Positions 19,584 to 29,132 of a DNA stretch of 64,000 nucleotides are shown one piece after another. How positions within the stretch are numbered: position 1 is the first letter of the stretch; each line of letters opens with the position of its first letter. Origin of the DNA: Candidatus Bathyarchaeota archaeon (GTDB taxonomy: Archaea > Thermoproteota > Bathyarchaeia > Bathyarchaeales > Bathycorpusculaceae); the NCBI GenBank assembly GCA_963832745.1, contig CAWHVC010000003.1, positions 160,001 to 224,000 of the forward strand, written 5' to 3'. A program made the position numbers and the translations under genes. Under the pieces are notes generated by a model, which worked only from the letters and a program-made list of their open reading frames with translations, was not told the DNA's origin and searched no databases.

Positions 19584-21021
19584 ATCTGGGGTTGATCGTC
19601 GTAGTTTGCGTGTTGATGAGTTGATGGCGCAATGGAAGGGGCTTAGGGATGATTACCGTGCTCATCATGAAGCCAGAGTTGCTAAGGTTGAAGCAGCACG
19701 CGGTAATGCAGCATTGTTTTTTAGGGCGATTTGTCGTTTGGAGCTTTTTTGGTACCAGCTTGAGCTTGCTGAATTGTATAAGCAGAACCAGTTTATTGCT
19801 GTTAGGTGGCCAAGACAGACTGGTAAAAGCACTTTTATTGGTGGGCTGCTTTTGCAGGATGCTTATGAGAATGCTGATTTAAATATTGGTTTTGTTGGTC
19901 CTAGTTGGCGCCAGACTAAGCTGAATCTTCGTAGAATTGCAGGTTTTTGCCGCAATTTGCCTTCGGGAAGCTGTCATGTACAAAAAACCAGGCTAAGCTT
20001 TAGTAACGGCTCAGTTATAGAGGCTTTTCCTAACAACCCTGAAACCATTAGGGGCAATACTTTTCACAGGTTATGGTGGGATGAAACTAACTTTACAGCT
20101 GGCGACGAGAACTTGTATGATGCTATCTTGTTTACTTTAGGCACAACAAACGGAAAGTTAGTTGCTAGCAGTACTCCGTTTAGTAGTGATTCGCTGTTTT
20201 GGAAAATGTGTAATCACAAAAAATTTCAAGATTTTGCTCGTCATCATTTTAGTTGGGAGAGGGCTTTGGTGCCTAATGGTCCGTTATCTTCTGAGATGAT
20301 TAAGCGAATACAGCTTCAGTTTGGTGATGACCAGCAGCGTTGGCGTCGTGAAATGGAGGCTGAATGGGCTGAGGATGAGGATGTTTGGTTGCCCCAGAGC
20401 CTGATTGTATCTTGTGTGGGTACCGAAAAAACTTGCGGTAACGATCTTGAAATGTACAATCCAGAAACACGTTGCAGCGGAGAGTTTTTTGCTGGTTTAG
20501 ATCTTGCACAGACTAAAGACTACTGCGTTTTTAGTGTCGTCGAGCGGTTAAATGATAAGCTTTTTTTGAGGCATTTGAAGATTTTTTCTCAACCTACCAA
20601 GTACGCGCATGTTTTAGGTTACATTAAGATGCTACAGGATCGCTGGAATGGTTTTGAGAAAATCAGGGTCGATTTCACCAGGGAGGGACCAAGCTTTATT
20701 GCCGATATGGAGACTGCAGGCATCGAAAACGCAGAAGGCGTAAACTTTAGCCTTCCACGTAAAAGTGAAATGGCTAGCTTGTTAAAACAGCGTATGATGA
20801 ATCAGCGTTTCTATTATCCCCTGTTTGGCTGGGAGAAGCCCTACAAATGTGATGTCTGTAGTGAGTTAAATATTGAAAGATATCAGCTACGAAATGACGG
20901 CAATATTAGCTTTGGTCACCCCAATGGAACGCATGATGACGTATTTTGGAGTATAGCTTTGGCAGTGTATGGAACTGCTGAAATGCAACCAGAACCATTC
21001 TTAGCCGTGATACCCCGATAA
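19561..21021 (+). CDS. terL: Terminase large subunit (ATPase + RNase H-like nuclease)
   Basis: WYQ, Walker A PRQTGKS, Walker B LWWDE, SSTP coupling motif, GLDLA, RVDFT, HDDVFWSIALA. Confidence 0.88.
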   Translation: MRKKKINKSGVDRRSLRVDELMAQWKGLRDDYRAHHEARVAKVEAARGNAALFFRAICRLELFWYQLELAELYKQNQFIAVRWPRQTGKSTFIGGLLLQDAYENADLNIGFVGPSWRQTKLNLRRIAGFCRNLPSGSCHVQKTRLSFSNGSVIEAFPNNPETIRGNTFHRLWWDETNFTAGDENLYDAILFTLGTTNGKLVASSTPFSSDSLFWKMCNHKKFQDFARHHFSWERALVPNGPLSSEMIKRIQLQFGDDQQRWRREMEAEWAEDEDVWLPQSLIVSCVGTEKTCGNDLEMYNPETRCSGEFFAGLDLAQTKDYCVFSVVERLNDKLFLRHLKIFSQPTKYAHVLGYIKMLQDRWNGFEKIRVDFTREGPSFIADMETAGIENAEGVNFSLPRKSEMASLLKQRMMNQRFYYPLFGWEKPYKCDVCSELNIERYQLRNDGNISFGHPNGTHDDVFWSIALAVYGTAEMQPEPFLAVIPR

Positions 21022-21073
21022 AATCTATAAAAACATGCTGTCTGTTCAGTTGGCGATTCCTTATTGTTAATTG

Positions 21074-21152
21074 TGGTGCGGTCGCCGGGATTTGAACCCG
21101 GGATCATTAGCTTGGAAGGCTAAAGTCCTAAACCAGACTAGACGACAACCGC
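21074..21152 (-). tRNA. tRNA-Gly(TCC), CCA encoded
   Basis: GCGGTTG/CGACCGC acceptor, TTAGC-CTTCCAA-GCTAA anticodon arm, GGTTCAAATCC T-arm, ACCA end. Confidence 0.96.
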
Positions 21153-21274
21153 CCAGATTGTGCAGAGCAGGCATTGCGCTTTTTGTTCAGTGCATTAGGC
21201 AGACAAATAGCTTGAGTTTTTAATAAATCTTTCAGAACAACTGTTAACAAGATTGCAGTAAAGCACTTTCTTTT

Positions 21275-23317
21275 TTAGTTAAGAGGGGTTGGTCTCATTT
21301 TTTTGTGTTTAAGAATTAAAACACAACCCGCAATTAATACAGCAGCCACAATAATTGCAGCGTAGATTGCCCAGTTTTCAATGGATTCATTCGGTTGGTT
21401 AATGGCTGAATTAATGTTAACAATTACTTGGTGTGAACTGTGATGGTAGGTGAAATGTAAAAGCCAAGAGTCTTCAACTGGCAACACATTGCAGTCCAAG
21501 TTGTTATTGTCCAAATAAACTTGGATGCTTGAAGCGTCCTGCACCAAGGCTTTAGCTACATAAACGTCTGCAAACCCAAAAGTTCCTGATTCTCCAGTTA
21601 CTGTGAAGCTTAATTCTTTGCTTGTAGAGTTAAAACTAAGACTTGAAACCGTAGAGTTTGAGGCTACTGAGAAAATGTTCTGTTGGTCATACTGTGTAAC
21701 AGCCAAATTTACTATCGTGCTTGTTTCTGGATAGGTATTGTCGCCTTCAAAAACGGCTTTCAATAGATAGTTTCCTGTAACAGAGGGTAGCCAACTGACT
21801 GAAAACGAACCGTCAGAAGCGGTGTTGACAAGGGTAAGGTCTTGATAGGATTTTCCACCGTTAACACTGTAGGACAATAAAATTGGTTGATTTGCTAATG
21901 CAGTTTCATTCTGGACCAGATTTCCTTTTATTGCTACATTAAAGCCTGAATAAGAAGTTGAGCTTACGCAGGAAACAAATAGCGTTGTAGAATTCGGATT
22001 AGCTATTGGTGTAGGTGTTGGAGTTTGAGTTGGTGCGGGGGTGGGGCTGGTGTTTGGTTTAGGTGTTGGGGTTGGGGTTTCGGTTGGGTTTGGTATGGGG
22101 GTTGGGCTGACATTTGGAGTAGTTATTGGAGTTTGAGAAGGATTTGGAGAGGGAGCTGGAGTGGGTGAAGGAGAAGGTGAGGGAGTAGGGATTGGTGTTG
22201 GAACTGGAGAAGGAACATATGTTGATGAAGGAAAAGGCGTGAGGCCACCAATACCTGCGGAAGTACTTACATATGGAGGTGCTTGCATGTTAGAGGACGT
22301 TAAAAAGGGCAGATAAATCACTGGACCAAAAGTGTAATTTTCAAAGTGAATTGTCTTGTTTATTTCCTGTTCATTATTTGTTCCCCACCAGTTACCAGTG
22401 GCATCAAGTTCTATTGAACGATTAGAGAATACATTGTAAAAGTTGCCGTAAATATTGTTATCAAAGATTGTGGGGGTAGAGTTTGTCTGTGGCGGATATA
22501 GGGAGTTATACAGAAAAGAAATTCCCTGCATGTTTTCTGTTATGAAATTGTTTTTGATAGTTGCGTTGGAACCTCTCATGATTCTGATGCCAAATTCGCT
22601 ACCTCTAATGAAATTGCCTTGAATAAGTGATAGGTCGGTTCCGCCGCTTTGAAGGTTTATTCCAGTGGCACCATAAATTTGGCTGTTTAAATTATTAATA
22701 ATGTTGTTAGTAATGATTGCCTTGATTGTTGTTTCTGAATTAACAGTAACTCCTATTCCAACACCGCCAGTGAAAACATTGTTTGAAATTATTGGAGCAC
22801 ACTGTCCTCCATTGGGCATGGAAAATAGTGAAATGTAAACGCTTGTTAGGTCGCAATTAGCTATTTTTAATGAGACACCTTCTACTTGGATTAGAGCCAT
22901 TTTGATGTTACAGTTTTCCAGAATTGTTCCTGTTTGCGTTTGTTCATTCCAATCTGTGTTGAAGCCGCCAAATTTGATGAAATTTATATTTGACCCGTAA
23001 GTATTGCCTAAACCGATAATCCGAATGGGATCGCTAACAGTTCCTACAGCAGAAAAGACACCCTCAACGTCGAAACAATAACCGTTAAGATTAACTGTTG
23101 TTCCAGGCTCAACAGTAAGTTTAACTCCTTGACTTAGAACTACGTTGCCTGCGAAGGTATAGGGGCTGCCTGTTTTAGTCCATACAGCATCTTGGCTGAT
23201 AACTCCATTAACGTTTGTTGTAGTTTGTGCTTCCACGTTTCTTGAATAAAGGGTAACAAAACCAATGGTTGAAGAAATTAGAAGGAACAACAAGAGAACG
23301 GCAGGCAATTTTTTCAT
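21275..23317 (-). CDS. Surface glycoprotein-like protein (beta-helix, Pro/Thr linker, Ig-like domain, TM)
   Basis: Signal peptide, WTKTGSPY, Asn-rich repeats, NWWG, (PT/PS)n, C-terminal anchor. Confidence 0.8.
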   Translation of the reverse strand: MKKLPAVLLLFLLISSTIGFVTLYSRNVEAQTTTNVNGVISQDAVWTKTGSPYTFAGNVVLSQGVKLTVEPGTTVNLNGYCFDVEGVFSAVGTVSDPIRIIGLGNTYGSNINFIKFGGFNTDWNEQTQTGTILENCNIKMALIQVEGVSLKIANCDLTSVYISLFSMPNGGQCAPIISNNVFTGGVGIGVTVNSETTIKAIITNNIINNLNSQIYGATGINLQSGGTDLSLIQGNFIRGSEFGIRIMRGSNATIKNNFITENMQGISFLYNSLYPPQTNSTPTIFDNNIYGNFYNVFSNRSIELDATGNWWGTNNEQEINKTIHFENYTFGPVIYLPFLTSSNMQAPPYVSTSAGIGGLTPFPSSTYVPSPVPTPIPTPSPSPSPTPAPSPNPSQTPITTPNVSPTPIPNPTETPTPTPKPNTSPTPAPTQTPTPTPIANPNSTTLFVSCVSSTSYSGFNVAIKGNLVQNETALANQPILLSYSVNGGKSYQDLTLVNTASDGSFSVSWLPSVTGNYLLKAVFEGDNTYPETSTIVNLAVTQYDQQNIFSVASNSTVSSLSFNSTSKELSFTVTGESGTFGFADVYVAKALVQDASSIQVYLDNNNLDCNVLPVEDSWLLHFTYHHSSHQVIVNINSAINQPNESIENWAIYAAIIVAAVLIAGCVLILKHKKMRPTPLN

Positions 23318-23640
23318 GATATCTCACTATTGAAGACTCTACTGGTAAGTTGTTTGCCGAAGTATTTTAATCTAGTTAAAAATCAACGATTATTATCAAT
23401 AAATCATTGAAAAGCAGCAAAATGTACAGTAGAAACCCTAAATCTTAACTTTTTGTGGCACACTGTTTGGTACTTGACAATTATTTAACAATCCTTTTAG
23501 GAGCTTGGGATAAAACCTAACAAGTTGATTATGAGTGGGTGCTTGAATTTGTCCTAAGCCTGACTAAACCAAAAACTGCTCAGGTCAAGTTATAGCCTAA
23601 GCGAAATTTTGAGCACATTCTATAGTTGTTGAGTGTGTAG

Positions 23641-24447
23641 CTATTTCTTAGGGTTCTCGTCTGTCCATATTGGAATGCAAACGCCAAATGCCCTGTTTAA
23701 CGGTTCAGTTGCATGTAAAGCGATAACTTTACGTTTGTCGAACCAGAAGCATTGCACCGCAGAAAAACAGTTCTTGTCATAACTGCTTGGGTAAAAGTAG
23801 CCTTTTCCTGACATTTTAATGTCTTTGTCAACAGGTATAACCTTGAAGTCTTCAAAGTAACCCTCCTTAGTTGGTGCGTCATCTTGGATTTTTTGTCCCA
23901 CTGCGTATCGAGTTTGGAATAGCTTTTTGTTTTCTGAACTCATACAGCCATGCTCTAATATATTGTAATCAAAATCTGTGAAGATCTCGTCAGGCGTTTG
24001 CTCGTTTTTGTCAATAAACATTGCGTTGGAAACTTGTCTGACTTCAGTAAAGCATTTATTTTTAGCAATTAACTCGGAAGTATAAATGAAAAATTTACTA
24101 AGTACTCTTTCTAGATATGTCTGGCCTTCTTTGCTGAAGGCTAATTCAAAATTTTCTTTAAACGAACCAAGTCTCATTTTGAGACCTAAACGGTTTGTTA
24201 AACTTTCCTGTAACACTATTTGTTCAGGAAAGTTGAGATGAGTCAAGTGTGTTTTTTCGTCAGTAAAAAATCCCAGTGCCCTCTGGGCAGTTAAAACGTT
24301 AGGGTAAACCCATGAATCGCCGAAACGGATGAATTTTGAGTTATCTAAAGGTTCAACATAGCCAGCTAAATAATCGATGCGTAAAAGTACGTTATTGGCG
24401 GTTTCATTTAGTTCCTGTTCTTCTGTATGTTCGATGTGAGAAGGCAT
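23641..24447 (-). CDS. Hypothetical protein
   Basis: 268-aa ORF with no recognised motif. Confidence 0.65.
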   Translation of the reverse strand: MPSHIEHTEEQELNETANNVLLRIDYLAGYVEPLDNSKFIRFGDSWVYPNVLTAQRALGFFTDEKTHLTHLNFPEQIVLQESLTNRLGLKMRLGSFKENFELAFSKEGQTYLERVLSKFFIYTSELIAKNKCFTEVRQVSNAMFIDKNEQTPDEIFTDFDYNILEHGCMSSENKKLFQTRYAVGQKIQDDAPTKEGYFEDFKVIPVDKDIKMSGKGYFYPSSYDKNCFSAVQCFWFDKRKVIALHATEPLNRAFGVCIPIWTDENPKK

Positions 24448-24662
24448 TGTAATTATTATTTACCATTTTTAATTTAACATTTACTTATATTTCCTACTTA
24501 CATACGAAGGTTAATTAATTGAGTAACTGGAAAGTTCAATTGCGCCCGAACTTAAAACAATGGTGCACATATTTTAACAGAAAATCACCCTAAAAAATCC
24601 GGTAGCAAAGAGAAGGGTATATCTTGCACAAAAATCCTATGCTTTAGTTTACCTAAGTCAGA

Positions 24663-24944
24663 GTGAAAGTTATGTGTCCAGAAATGCACAAAGTTCCCGG
24701 TAACCGCATCAAAGTTCTAACCAAAGACGCAAAACAGATGGTTAACGGACCATACTATTGTCCAAAATGCAGAAAAGAGCTCCTGCAAATTTTAGGAAAC
24801 GTAGATAAAAAAGAAGTTTATGCTGTCTGCAAATGCGGAGTAAATCAACAATTAACTTATGCACCAGTTTTCCAGCCAATCGACTACTACAACAAGTTCC
24901 GAGACATCTGGAAAAAACAAACATACGGCATAATCAAACGTTAA
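24663..24944 (+). CDS. Elf1-like zinc-ribbon transcription elongation factor
   Basis: YYCPKC...DKK..AVCKCG...QPIDYYNKFRD pattern of Elf1. Confidence 0.68.
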   Translation: MKVMCPEMHKVPGNRIKVLTKDAKQMVNGPYYCPKCRKELLQILGNVDKKEVYAVCKCGVNQQLTYAPVFQPIDYYNKFRDIWKKQTYGIIKR

Positions 24945-25054
24945 TTTTTCTTTTTATTTTCATTTTTAATTTTTACTTGTAACGTGACTTGTTTTTGGGG
25001 TATACATAAGCGTTTTAAGCTTTGTATATTCATATACGCTGAAGCGAAACAAGC

Positions 25055-26137
25055 ATGACAATGCCTAATAAGCAAGTTTTAGCAAGTGTTTTGTTAATGC
25101 TGTTTTTGATGGCTTATACTTTTACAGTTCAACCAGTTTCTGCTCAGAGCGATGTTGTCGTCAAAAATTTTGAGTGGGACTACGATGGCAGGCATTGGAC
25201 TTGGAACCTTAGTATTCCAACAGGTTTGTATAACCAATATCAGACGGTTGATGTTTCGGAACGTGTTCAAACCGGTTTGAAGGGTTACGGCTTTCTTACA
25301 ACTACTAACGATATTTACATTAAGGCGTTGGCTGAAAAGTTGAACCAGACCGCCACTGAGTTGGGTTATAACTCGTATGAGACTATATCTTTTGTTCTTG
25401 CTTTTGTACAGAGTTTACCTTACACTTCTGACTCGGTTACCTCAGGATTTGATGAATACCCAAGATTTCCTGTTGAAACCTTAGTTGATGGCGGCGGCGA
25501 TTGTGAAGATACAGCTATTCTTTTTGCTACAATAACTTTGATTTTACATTACGGTACAGTTTATCTTAACCCGCCAAACCATTGTGCTGTAGGCATTTTA
25601 GGCAATGGCCTTCCTGGTTACTACTTAAGCTATCATAACCAAACATATTATTACTGTGAAACAACTGGCAACGGTTTTGAAATCGGTGAAATGCCTAAAG
25701 AATATCAAGACGTCAAGATGGCAATTTATGAAATAAATACCGCTTACCAGTATAACCCATTTTCTGAATTTTTGTTGCCAACAGTAACACCGACACAAAC
25801 CCCCTTGCCTACCTCTTCACCTACGCCTATTCCAACAATAAAAACAACACCGACACCAACAATAGCAACAACACCTAAACTAACAAACACACCAACAAAC
25901 TATTCTGACGGCACAGACGTCGACTTTAACTTTGTACTAATTATCGTTGGATTGGTCTGCATACTATGCGTAGTAATCGCAATCGTGACAAGAAAACCCA
26001 AAAACCCCTCAAACTCGCCAGTTGCAATACCAAACTATCAGAGTAGTTACTTTGAAGGAGTTTACTGTATTCACTGTGGCGAAAAGAACCCTTCTGAAGC
26101 AGTTTTCTGTCGAAGATGCGGAAAGAAAATCGCTTAA
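25055..26137 (+). CDS. Transglutaminase-like (Cys-His-Glu) exported domain with TM and cytoplasmic zinc ribbon
   Basis: FVQSLPY, GDCED, NHCAVG, YYCETT; P/T linker; CIHC..CRRCG. Confidence 0.82.
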   Translation: MTMPNKQVLASVLLMLFLMAYTFTVQPVSAQSDVVVKNFEWDYDGRHWTWNLSIPTGLYNQYQTVDVSERVQTGLKGYGFLTTTNDIYIKALAEKLNQTATELGYNSYETISFVLAFVQSLPYTSDSVTSGFDEYPRFPVETLVDGGGDCEDTAILFATITLILHYGTVYLNPPNHCAVGILGNGLPGYYLSYHNQTYYYCETTGNGFEIGEMPKEYQDVKMAIYEINTAYQYNPFSEFLLPTVTPTQTPLPTSSPTPIPTIKTTPTPTIATTPKLTNTPTNYSDGTDVDFNFVLIIVGLVCILCVVIAIVTRKPKNPSNSPVAIPNYQSSYFEGVYCIHCGEKNPSEAVFCRRCGKKIA

Positions 26138-26661
26138 TCCTTAGACAAAAGGCTTTGAACAAACTTGTCGATGCGTGAACGCGCGTAAAGTGCTATTACG
26201 ATTTCTGCACCGATTATCACTGTAAGAAAACTGGCAAGCAAACGAGTCATCGTTACAAAGAATTCGCCCGCATCGTAATCGATGTAGCTGCCTGCGGAAG
26301 CTATCCAGCTCCAAGTGCTAAACCGCCCCGTATTAAGAAAAGCTGCTAAATCAGTTGACATCCACAAGCATAAACCAACCATTAATACTGACAATACGGT
26401 GCCGATGATTGTGAGGTTTATCCAGTCTTTGCTTAGTTTTGACTGGCAGCTTATTCTGCTTTCTGTCCCTGTTTGGTTTAGAGTGCAGGTGACAACTTTT
26501 TTGGCGCTTTGCGGTGATATGCCCCAAAGTGACCCCTGTTTAACCACCAAACCATCGGGAGGGGCTTCGGACAGGATTTTGCAGCCTTTTTGTTCAAGAT
26601 GAACTTTCAAGTCAGCGTACACGTCAGCAACTGGCAAGTTTATGGTTTGTTCTACCACCAA
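26134..26661 (-). CDS. Hypothetical membrane protein
   Basis: Soluble N-terminal domain and two TMs. Confidence 0.68.
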   Translation of the reverse strand: MVVEQTINLPVADVYADLKVHLEQKGCKILSEAPPDGLVVKQGSLWGISPQSAKKVVTCTLNQTGTESRISCQSKLSKDWINLTIIGTVLSVLMVGLCLWMSTDLAAFLNTGRFSTWSWIASAGSYIDYDAGEFFVTMTRLLASFLTVIIGAEIVIALYARSRIDKFVQSLLSKD

Positions 26662-26696
26662 ATAAGGGCACCCACTTTAAGTTGATGCTTTAGAGG

Positions 26697-27350
26697 TTAT
26701 TGTGGTTTTTTGTCTGACTTATACAGCCGCTTCTCATAATTAGGACGGGAACCGCTCAATCCGCGAAGGGGTTTGCCCATTTGACGTTGACGTTCAAGAT
26801 TTTTAATTCTCGCATACAACTTGGAGACTTTAGTTTTAGAAGGGGGTTTGCGTGCATGGTGCACTGGGACTGGGGTGAAGGGCTGGGTAATTTCCATTTT
26901 TTTATGTTTAATTTTTTGTTTTTGTAGGTCACGGACTTTTTTGAACCAGACCGTGCCTTCTTTAAAGTTAACTTGTTCTACTTCCCAGCCTACTTCAATC
27001 CACGCTTTGCTCTGCGCATTCGTGCCATTGTTGCTCCACCATAACGGGTCACGATACGCTGCCATAGGCAGATTGGTGCCGATTAAGCCGTCGATTCGGG
27101 CAAAAGAAAGCTTTACCATGCTGGTGAAGGCTGCTCGAAACTTGAGATGATTAGTTAAGCCTGAATATTTGGAAGCGTGGCGTGGAGTAACTACTCGGCG
27201 GGCACAGTGAAGGCATAACATAGCGTTGGGGTCGCCAGTGGCAACGTCTGGAGTCATACAGTCGCGGCAAAACATTTTTTTGCAACGTTCGCACTGCCGC
27301 ATGTAAGTTGTACGCATAACTCTCCCGCAGATTCCGCATTCATCCTTAAC
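26697..27350 (-). CDS. Zinc-finger protein with basic domain; possible non-canonical start
   Basis: CGIC (upstream of first ATG 27317), CERC, CRDC, CLHC; WWSN..AWIEVGW domain. Confidence 0.7.
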   Translation of the reverse strand, partial: VKDECGICGRVMRTTYMRQCERCKKMFCRDCMTPDVATGDPNAMLCLHCARRVVTPRHASKYSGLTNHLKFRAAFTSMVKLSFARIDGLIGTNLPMAAYRDPLWWSNNGTNAQSKAWIEVGWEVEQVNFKEGTVWFKKVRDLQKQKIKHKKMEITQPFTPVPVHHARKPPSKTKVSKLYARIKNLERQRQMGKPLRGLSGSRPNYEKRLYKSDKKPQ

Positions 27351-27423
27351 GGTAAAAACACCCCTTTAGCAGGAAAAGGAACCTACAATATTTTTGTGAA
27401 TTGTGAATATTAATTTTTAGCTG

Positions 27424-28956
27424 TTAAAGGGGGGTTTCTGCGGGTAATTTGGGGTTATTGTTTCTTTTGAGGATGAATTGTTGAATAGTACCTTTGATTT
27501 CGGCTATTATGAGTTTGAGTAAACTGCGTGCTTGCTTGTCAATTACCAGTAACAGACCAAGGTAGATGACAATGCCTACCACAGTTTTAGCAACAGTCAA
27601 CACCAACGTAGTTGTGTAAGGCATAAAGTAAAGAATTAACCCCATGATTACTGCAGCTAAAACATATTTTCCCATGCTGCTCCACGCGACGGGTAACCGT
27701 GTTGTTTTGTGCATGAATAGGTATAACCCGATGAAGGTGGATATGTGAACACCAATGTTTATGGCAATAACATACATGACGGATTCGACTGGTCCCGCTT
27801 GAATCTGTGTTAAGACAAGATACACCAGAGGCAGAGAAATTGCTGCTTGAATAAAGGATAACGAGAAAACCTTGAAAATTTTAGTTTTTGGAAGCTGTCG
27901 TAACGGGATTTTGCCGTCAGCGTCAAAGTTTTCAGCACCCATTAAAATGTTACCGTAAAAGTTTGAAATCAAAAGAATCACAGTATCTATTGTCAGCATG
28001 ATTAGGGCTGGCCAAGCAACGGTGTAGGCTACGTTTAAGACTGTTAAGAACGAGGTTGACATTACAATATTTAAGGCGGCAAGCGGAATTGCAAACATCA
28101 TTACTGTTCTAAAAGAAGTGCCAATGTGTTCATCGGCACAGCTGTTGTTTAACAGTTTAGGATACAATGCAAACGCCAAAAAGGAAGCGTACATGATGAT
28201 GTTTGTGAAAGTAAATGCTGCTTGATAGTAAGCTCGGGTGTCAGCGCCGCCGAAATAATACAACAGGACAAGGACAAAAGCAAGCAGTTGCGTTCCTGCG
28301 GTGCTGTAAGCAATTAACGCGGAGCCTTTAACCCATTCACGCAGGTAATCCCAACGGATTTTTTGTTTAAATTCGCTTGCGAAGATTTTTACGTAATAGA
28401 ATACCTGCACAAGTATTGAGAGGGTTAAGCTTAAGATTGCGCCTAAGAACAGTTGCCCCAACCCAAGGATGATGCCGAAAGCTAAAGCAACCTTTACAAC
28501 TTCATGTATTAGCAAACCATACCCGATTGCTTGAGGCCTATAAGAACGCAGGCAAGATTCAAGATTATTCACTAAAGCCGTATCCAAAATATACAGAGAA
28601 GCAATATAGTAAATTGGCAAATATTCTTGTGTTCCAATAGCCTGTGCGATGAGTGTTATAGCTGGAAAATAAATCAGCATGGAACCTAAAGCGATGATAA
28701 AGTTTGCGATAGTGCTTGTTTTTACGGCGCCCTCTTTGTCTCTTGCAACAAAACGTGTTGCCCAAAACGGAATAAAAGTGCTAAAAATCAAGAAATATGC
28801 AGTATAATCGAAAATGTTTGTCCATGTGCCGTACTGGTCAGGAGTCATACTTCGGGTTATCAGAAGCGTGTAGGCTAAACCGGTTACGACGCTTAAGATT
28901 TGGGCTGTGAAAATGATAAAACCGGAATATTGAAGCCTTAACTGCTTTTTATCCAT
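27424..28956 (-). CDS. Oligosaccharide/polysaccharide flippase-like (MOP superfamily) protein
   Basis: About 14 TMs; LITRSMTPDQYG N-terminal signature. Confidence 0.72.
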   Translation of the reverse strand: MDKKQLRLQYSGFIIFTAQILSVVTGLAYTLLITRSMTPDQYGTWTNIFDYTAYFLIFSTFIPFWATRFVARDKEGAVKTSTIANFIIALGSMLIYFPAITLIAQAIGTQEYLPIYYIASLYILDTALVNNLESCLRSYRPQAIGYGLLIHEVVKVALAFGIILGLGQLFLGAILSLTLSILVQVFYYVKIFASEFKQKIRWDYLREWVKGSALIAYSTAGTQLLAFVLVLLYYFGGADTRAYYQAAFTFTNIIMYASFLAFALYPKLLNNSCADEHIGTSFRTVMMFAIPLAALNIVMSTSFLTVLNVAYTVAWPALIMLTIDTVILLISNFYGNILMGAENFDADGKIPLRQLPKTKIFKVFSLSFIQAAISLPLVYLVLTQIQAGPVESVMYVIAINIGVHISTFIGLYLFMHKTTRLPVAWSSMGKYVLAAVIMGLILYFMPYTTTLVLTVAKTVVGIVIYLGLLLVIDKQARSLLKLIIAEIKGTIQQFILKRNNNPKLPAETPL

Positions 28957-29132
28957 CAGGACCACGTTGTTACTTTCAGGGCTTGTTTTCAGGTTGTCTG
29001 CCCGTCGCACAATTTGGACTGGTTATAGTGGTTGCATTTAGGTTGCAGATATACTATTTCCCAAAACAAAACCATAAACGCCAAAAGAAAAGGGGCGTAA
29101 CAAAAAGCTAAAAAGAAGAAAAACGGCTAAAT

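Noticed and set aside
20916-21107. 63-aa ORF overlapping the tRNA and terL end, and the many antisense ORFs in the track
   Set aside because: Shadow ORFs overlapping well-supported genes.
22000-22215. GGT/GGA-rich repetitive DNA (also about 13050-13200 and 25780-25900)
   Set aside because: Encodes Pro/Thr/Ser linkers of surface proteins; not a CRISPR array or DNA repeat.
12000-26000. Complete provirus or integrated element around terL and tRNA-Gly
   Set aside because: No integrase, portal, capsid or duplicated att copy of the tRNA 3' end was found by eye.
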